From Candidatus Latescibacterota bacterium (lineage in GTDB: Bacteria; Latescibacterota; UBA2968), in the NCBI GenBank assembly GCA_965116885.1, contig OZ220741.1:3520001-3584000 (forward strand): a stretch of DNA of 64,000 nucleotides, written 5' to 3'. Position numbers and translations under genes: made by a program. Every line of letters begins with the position of its first letter. The stretch's first letter is position 1. A model generated the notes under the pieces. The model saw only the letters and a list, made by a program, of their open reading frames with translations, was not told where the DNA came from and ran no database searches. This document shows positions 58,712 through 64,000 of the stretch, piece by piece.

Positions 58712-58746
58712 AAAAAAGAGGCTATCTGCTTTGGATAGCCTCTTTT
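58712..58746. terminator. Bidirectional rho-independent terminator
   Basis: 13-bp inverted repeat AAAAGAGGCTATC / GATAGCCTCTTTT with A and T tracts. Confidence 0.85.
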
Positions 58747-58779
58747 GCTGTATGGTTAAATTAAATAATGCCATCGACT

Positions 58780-59238
58780 CTACGACGAGTCTCTATTTCC
58801 TCCTAACTCGTCCACATCGGCAAGATCTTTGGGGCGAGCGGAGACGCGTTTGTTTTTGATAAGATCTGACAGAGAGATGTAGAAAACGGGCGTTTCTCCA
58901 TAAATTCCAGAGATGCGATTCTGCCAGACCTCTTCAAACGTAAGGCCACTGATGCTGTTCATCATTTCGATTCTTACAGGCGCAATCCCCATTCTAACAA
59001 TGTTGCCAGAATCGGCAAACTCTGTGGCTTGCGCTTCAGTTGTAGCCAAACCGAATTGGTCAAGCGCATGGCGAATATGATCGATATTTTCTCGGGTATT
59101 TCGAAAAAAGAGATCCAGATCATCGGTTGCTCGGGCATAGCCATGGAATGCAACAGCATATCCACCGACAATCACAAATTCAACTGTCTCCGCGTTTAAC
59201 AATTGTAAGAACTCTTCGAAGTCGTTGTGGATATTCAC
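58780..59238 (-). CDS. Nucleotidyltransferase-fold protein (DUF6036/AbiEii-like)
   Basis: IVGGYAVAFHGYARATDDLDL and C-terminal K...RPKDLAD. Confidence 0.82.
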   Translation of the reverse strand: MNIHNDFEEFLQLLNAETVEFVIVGGYAVAFHGYARATDDLDLFFRNTRENIDHIRHALDQFGLATTEAQATEFADSGNIVRMGIAPVRIEMMNSISGLTFEEVWQNRISGIYGETPVFYISLSDLIKNKRVSARPKDLADVDELGGNRDSS

Positions 59239-59371
59239 GGTGGGTTACCTTACACATCTCCTGGCGTAAATCCTCAAGGAGCGAAACGCGTTCGTCCCCT
59301 GTAAGATGTCGGGTATGGTCGCAGGCTTTTTCATTGGGATCAAATTTTGAAATTGTCAGAACACGTTTCAT
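59180..59371 (-). CDS. Small partner protein of the nucleotidyltransferase
   Basis: 63 aa (LTGDERVSLLEDLR...RLRRVLTIVKR), RBS GAGG, overlaps the next gene. Confidence 0.65.
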   Translation of the reverse strand: MKRVLTISKFDPNEKACDHTRHLTGDERVSLLEDLRQEMCKVTHREYPQRLRRVLTIVKRGDS

Positions 59372-59410
59372 AGGACAAACCTCAAAGGAATAACTTCACC
59401 AACACAAATG

Positions 59411-59439
59411 AATATAGCCCATCAGCATAAGCGCGTCAA
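59411..59439 (-). promoter_or_regulatory. Promoter of the two-gene nucleotidyltransferase module
   Basis: TTGACG, 17 bp, TATATT. Confidence 0.6.
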
Positions 59440-59561
59440 CGAATCACAGAAATATCAAAAAGATTTGATTCCTTCTTAAACAACCGGTCTGATCTCTGGC
59501 GCACCGTTCTCTTCGCATACATCTCCGGAAAATCAGTATTGATAAAAATACAGAGGGGATT

Positions 59562-60989
59562 CTAAACACTCGGCAAAGGCACAGTATCTCCTGTTTCATG
59601 TTGCCACAATCGAATCTTCGCCGCCATATCGCGAATGCGATCGCGATGTTCAGGAACATCAAACAGATTGTTTTCTTCATAGGGATCTGTATTAAGGTCG
59701 AACAACTCACACTGATCACCAGCACACAAATTCAACTTCCAGCGATCACCTGTCACCACCGATCGCCAGGGCAATGTCGCCATCAAGTTAATGCTTGGGT
59801 TCCCTAAATTGCGATCGCCAATCCCATTCCACTCCATAAATGCAACGTGATTCTTCAAATCGCGTTCACCGGTGAGTGCATCAGCCAAACTCTCCCCTTC
59901 ACACTGATCTGAAATTTCAATGCCCGCCAGATTCAAAAGCGTCGGCACCAAATCCGCATGCCCAAACACACCATCGATTCGTTTTTGTTCCTTATTTAAC
60001 CACGGCACACTGAGCAAAAACGGCACTCGCGCAGACTCTTCGTAAAACGTCCGCTTTTCCATCATGGCATGATCGCCCACCATTTCCCCATGATCACTCG
60101 TGTAAGCAATAATCGTATTCTCCAGTTGCCCTGTCTCTTCCAATGCCTGAATGATCCGCCCCACAGCATCATCCACAATCTTCATATTTCCGAAGTATTG
60201 CGATCTCACTTTCCGCCATCCGAATTCCGTACTTAAATCTTCACCTGCCTCCTTCTTCGTTGCATAATGCTCTGCTCGCACCCGATTAAATCGCGAATGC
60301 CCTTCAGGCTGTTTCAAAAACGTCGGGCCAACCGGCAATTCCTCAGGATCGTACAAACCGTCATACGGCCCTGTATATGGAGGGTGCGGTTCAAACGTAC
60401 TGCACACCAGCAACCAGGGCTGATCGACATTTTCTCGAATAAACCGATCCGCTTCCTGCGCGACAAACGCCCCGACCTGTTGTTCCGCTGGCAAACGCGC
60501 GCGATCTCCTGCAGAAAATTGTTTCAAGTCCGGTGCCAAATGCGAGGGTGGTTCAACGCCCTGCGCCACCAACCACTCATAGTGGGAACTCATCGGCGCA
60601 TCTTGAATCGTATTCAAATGCCGCAAATTATCCTGAATACTGATCCACTCATCAAACCCATGTTGGCGAACGGTATCGTTGCCCAAATGCCATTTGCCCA
60701 TATATGCCTTGCGATATGTATCTGGCATCATTTCCGCAATCGACTTTGTATCTTCCCGTAGATGAATCCCATTCGCCACACATCCGTGCGAATGAGGGTA
60801 CAGCCCAGACATCAACGTACCCCGCGATGGCGTACACACAGCCTGACCAACATACGTATTCTCAAAAACAAAAGACCGCTCCGAAAGCGCATTCAAATGC
60901 GGCGATTGAATCCAATCATTGCCGTAACACGACATGGTATCTGTGCGTTGCTGATCTGTGAACACAAAAAGAATATTCGGTTGATTCAT
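59562..60989 (-). CDS. Sulfatase
   Basis: VFTDQQR, CTPSR, GKWHLG and TSDHGE. Confidence 0.93.
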   Translation of the reverse strand: MNQPNILFVFTDQQRTDTMSCYGNDWIQSPHLNALSERSFVFENTYVGQAVCTPSRGTLMSGLYPHSHGCVANGIHLREDTKSIAEMMPDTYRKAYMGKWHLGNDTVRQHGFDEWISIQDNLRHLNTIQDAPMSSHYEWLVAQGVEPPSHLAPDLKQFSAGDRARLPAEQQVGAFVAQEADRFIRENVDQPWLLVCSTFEPHPPYTGPYDGLYDPEELPVGPTFLKQPEGHSRFNRVRAEHYATKKEAGEDLSTEFGWRKVRSQYFGNMKIVDDAVGRIIQALEETGQLENTIIAYTSDHGEMVGDHAMMEKRTFYEESARVPFLLSVPWLNKEQKRIDGVFGHADLVPTLLNLAGIEISDQCEGESLADALTGERDLKNHVAFMEWNGIGDRNLGNPSINLMATLPWRSVVTGDRWKLNLCAGDQCELFDLNTDPYEENNLFDVPEHRDRIRDMAAKIRLWQHETGDTVPLPSV

Positions 60990-61029
60990 ATTTACCCCTC
61001 AAATTTGTCGTTCGCGGTATTCCCTATTC

Positions 61030-63018
61030 CTACGCAGAGGACAGTTCAATTCTCTTCATCACCCGCTCCAATACCCACTCCCTGACGATGCCATCTCGCT
61101 GCCCACCGAGACCGCTTGTGTAATTGTTCTTTTCGAGCTGCGCGTTGTGTTCCGGCCCGAACATCTCCTGTTTGTTTATGGCTTGCTTTAGGGCGGGAAT
61201 AAGCGGTGCCATAGGCTGCAGTTCTTCGCGGCTGCGGTATGACAGATAGGCACCTGCCCGTAGCCGCGCCCAGAGGATATCGCTCGATAGCGCGCGCTCA
61301 AAAGCGGGCAGGGCAAGGACGCCTTCACCTGCCCGCACCAGATAGTCCCCAGCGGCCAGGCTGACGCTGATTGAGGGATCGTCCAGTAGGGGGGATAGGT
61401 GCTCGATCATCGCGCGTTCTACACCGAGTGAGCAAAGGCCGGTAACGGCCCAGAAACGCACGGCGCTGTCGGGATCGCCAAGTCGTTTTGCGAGTTCTTC
61501 CTTTGCTTCTTCGCCCATGCGCGCCAGGTCTGCTGTTTTTAGGATCCGCTCGTAATTATCACAGTGCGCCCCGACTGCATGACTCACACCATTGTACTGC
61601 TCGGCTCGCGCGGCAATCTCCGGTTCATCGATCAGCCCCAGGTCGCGGGTCTCGATCATCCAGTCGAACAATTTTTGCCGCAACTCATCCACGACGTCGC
61701 TGTAAGCGGGATCATCTGCCAGGTTATTTATCTCTTCAGGATCTTTTTCGATATCGTATAACTCTTCGGCGGGTTTGTGATCCTGCCAGATCTGAAACTG
61801 CCGGTAATGCTCAGGTAGCCCGTCCTGTCTAATCATGACCGGCGGGCCGAGCATCAGAAATACGCCGTCGGGGTCGTGGACCTTCTGTTTGCCGGGTAGG
61901 CAAGAGGTCTCCCAGAAGGCGCGTTCCGGCGTTCCTTCCTCCGGGACCTTCGCGAAGAACCCGCCGTCTGGATAGAACGAAGCGTATGGCTGGTGGGGGA
62001 GGAAGTTGCGGATATAACGGTATTTGTGGGTGCGGATTGTGCGGATCACTTCCGGGTTGTTGTCCAGCCGATCCCTGGCACTGCAGACGAAATCTCTCGG
62101 TTCATCTCTGTTGGGGCCGCACAGGTTGCGACTCTGGATGTGTTCGGCGATCGGGATGCCTGATAGCTGCAGGGTCGTCGCGCAGAGGTCCAGGTGCAGG
62201 ACGAGTTCATCAACCGCACTGCCGGGTTCTGCCGGGGATAGGTGCTGATATTTTTTCGGGAATCGCATGATCAGCGGAATACTCAATCCGTCGTCGTAGG
62301 CGTGGATCTTGCCCCGGGGATACCCTGCGCCGTGGTCTCCCCAATAGACCACAATGGTGTCTTCACTGTGCCCCTGCGCTTCAAGCTCGTCCAGGATCTC
62401 TCCTACCTGCTTATCGACGTTGGTAAGGGCGTCGTAGAAGAGCGCCATCCGTTCCCTGAATAGGGGCGTGTCGGGAACGAAGCTCGGAACCGGCACATCA
62501 TTCGGGTCGTGCAACTCGTCGTCGCTCAAGAGTGAGGAACGCGCTTTCCGCGCATCCTCGGGCGTCAGTTTGAATACACTGGCGTGGGAACTGCCCAGTC
62601 TGTAATACATGAAGAACGGCTTGTCTTCAGGGCGATTCTCCCAGAAATCTTCAGCGTTGTAATACTGTTCACGCTCCTCTTTGGAGACGTAAAGGTTGAT
62701 GTCATTGTCCGGCTGCGTGCAGGCATAACCGGCGTCCGTCAGCATTGTGTTTAACAACTCAACGCCTGCGGGGCGGATGATCGCGCTGCGGTGATGATGC
62801 GTGCCCAGTGTCGTGGGATGCATGCCGGTATAGATGCCGGTGCGCGATGGTGAGCAGATTGGGCCGGCGGTGAACGCGTTGGTGTAGCGCACCCCTTCTG
62901 CCGCCAATCGGTCAATATTGGGCGTATCCGCATATTGATCTCCGTAGCAACCGTAGTTCCAGGCACTGGAGTCGTGGTTACTGATCCAGAGAAAATTGGG
63001 TCTGTCTTGTTTGGTCAT
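61030..63018 (-). CDS. Sulfatase with C-terminal HEAT-like repeats
   Basis: CSPSR and WGDHG. Tail repeats LGDPDSAVRFWAV and LDDPSISVSLAA. Confidence 0.92.
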   Translation of the reverse strand: MTKQDRPNFLWISNHDSSAWNYGCYGDQYADTPNIDRLAAEGVRYTNAFTAGPICSPSRTGIYTGMHPTTLGTHHHRSAIIRPAGVELLNTMLTDAGYACTQPDNDINLYVSKEEREQYYNAEDFWENRPEDKPFFMYYRLGSSHASVFKLTPEDARKARSSLLSDDELHDPNDVPVPSFVPDTPLFRERMALFYDALTNVDKQVGEILDELEAQGHSEDTIVVYWGDHGAGYPRGKIHAYDDGLSIPLIMRFPKKYQHLSPAEPGSAVDELVLHLDLCATTLQLSGIPIAEHIQSRNLCGPNRDEPRDFVCSARDRLDNNPEVIRTIRTHKYRYIRNFLPHQPYASFYPDGGFFAKVPEEGTPERAFWETSCLPGKQKVHDPDGVFLMLGPPVMIRQDGLPEHYRQFQIWQDHKPAEELYDIEKDPEEINNLADDPAYSDVVDELRQKLFDWMIETRDLGLIDEPEIAARAEQYNGVSHAVGAHCDNYERILKTADLARMGEEAKEELAKRLGDPDSAVRFWAVTGLCSLGVERAMIEHLSPLLDDPSISVSLAAGDYLVRAGEGVLALPAFERALSSDILWARLRAGAYLSYRSREELQPMAPLIPALKQAINKQEMFGPEHNAQLEKNNYTSGLGGQRDGIVREWVLERVMKRIELSSA

Positions 63019-63090
63019 ATATCTGGTTCTCCAAATGTATCAGACGGTAAAAATGCGAACTGTCAATCGCGTTGTAACCTCTCACCATTT

Positions 63091-63999
63091 CTAATCTATA
63101 ATCAGAAATCCTTTCGCTTTACACAGTTCACTGTCTTTCCACCCGTAAAAGAGGAGCATGCCATCTCTTACATTTCCTTTTGGATCTTTAACCGGTTGAA
63201 TATTGTTGAATTTCCAACCGGCATACTCCGGGGCACATGGCGTCAAATCTCTCACTCTTTGCCAGGTGAATCCACTATCTGTGGAGATCCACTCTTCAAT
63301 ATCTCCTCCACCTCTGGAGTCCATGTTGCCGCATTTTCCTTTTATAAATTTGTGATCACCTACTATCAGATAAGCATGCAGCGTGCCACTTTCATCCAGC
63401 CTGAGATAGCAACTGTTCCAATCATCAGTGGCAGGGGTGATACCCGTCTGTATCCATTCGTGATTGATATACCTCACATAATAGTAATTGCACCTGTCGG
63501 GCACATCTTCCGATAGCACATGCAAAAAGGCCGGATTGTCATTTTCATCTATGACAATATCAGGTGGAACGCCTGCGCCTCGCCAATCGGTATCCCAAAT
63601 TTTGCATTTGTCATTTGCAGTGCCAATATCAATGGGCGTTCTGACTGTCTCGCCATCAAAATTCGCAACCTCATGCGTTTGAAGGTTGATTTTTACATAA
63701 TAGAGGTTGTATTTGAGCCCGAGATTCTTTTTGGTTCCATAACGAGGATTGTAAAACTTTTCTGGGATATCCTTTTTATTGTCATCATAAGAACAAAATA
63801 CGGCGTGCAAAAACTTTCCATCTTTACTCGGAAAGCAAGTGTGATAAGAAGACCACTCATTCAAGTCCATCGGATCATCTACTGTTGCTGTTTCTTCTCC
63901 CATGTTTAAATCTGTGACATCATTTTCAGGCCCTGACCAGGTCTTACCTTCATCGTCTGAAATTAAATATGACCACGAACTTCTGTGCTCTCCTGTTCG
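63091..63999 (-). CDS. BNR/Asp-box repeat protein (5' partial)
   Basis: The frame stays open to the window edge. Asp-boxes SDDEGKTW and STDSGFTW. Confidence 0.8.
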   Translation of the reverse strand, partial: RTGEHRSSWSYLISDDEGKTWSGPENDVTDLNMGEETATVDDPMDLNEWSSYHTCFPSKDGKFLHAVFCSYDDNKKDIPEKFYNPRYGTKKNLGLKYNLYYVKINLQTHEVANFDGETVRTPIDIGTANDKCKIWDTDWRGAGVPPDIVIDENDNPAFLHVLSEDVPDRCNYYYVRYINHEWIQTGITPATDDWNSCYLRLDESGTLHAYLIVGDHKFIKGKCGNMDSRGGGDIEEWISTDSGFTWQRVRDLTPCAPEYAGWKFNNIQPVKDPKGNVRDGMLLFYGWKDSELCKAKGFLIID

Positions 64000-64000
64000 G

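Noticed and set aside
1..64000. Integron/CALIN, CRISPR array, tRNA/rRNA or prophage as the explanation of the array
   Set aside because: By eye I found no integrase, no recurring attC-like palindromes after genes, no regularly spaced repeats, and no structural RNA or phage genes.

Overview
This 64-kb bacterial window is almost entirely a tightly packed, mostly minus-strand array of catabolic enzyme genes. It holds 12 intact formylglycine-type sulfatases, 6 intact PhyH-family Fe(II)/2OG dioxygenases plus one deleted copy, 3 enolase-superfamily enzymes, 2 carbon-nitrogen hydrolases, several glycoside hydrolase/lyase-like proteins, oxidoreductases and an arylsulfotransferase. I recognised no uptake transporter, regulator or integrase. 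An RND efflux operon interrupts the array and carries a tnpB-only IS200/IS605 element whose ends, target motif (TTTAT) and empty site can be reconstructed. A small nucleotidyltransferase two-gene module sits near the right end. The most unusual signal is in the spacers. Many contain 15-65 bp remnants of genes that survive intact elsewhere in the window (a nitrilase, a PhyH, a GH117-like gene and two sulfatases). A ~96%-identical duplicated unit carries different genes in the same slot, and one sulfatase appears to have overwritten a duplicate of a paralog by in-frame fusion. Together these suggest a 'duplicate-then-overwrite' gene-accretion array with no attC sites or recombinase. The gene content resembles that reported for marine sponge symbionts such as Poribacteria (inference only). 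All protein calls come from motif recognition by eye, not database searches, and identities were counted by hand.
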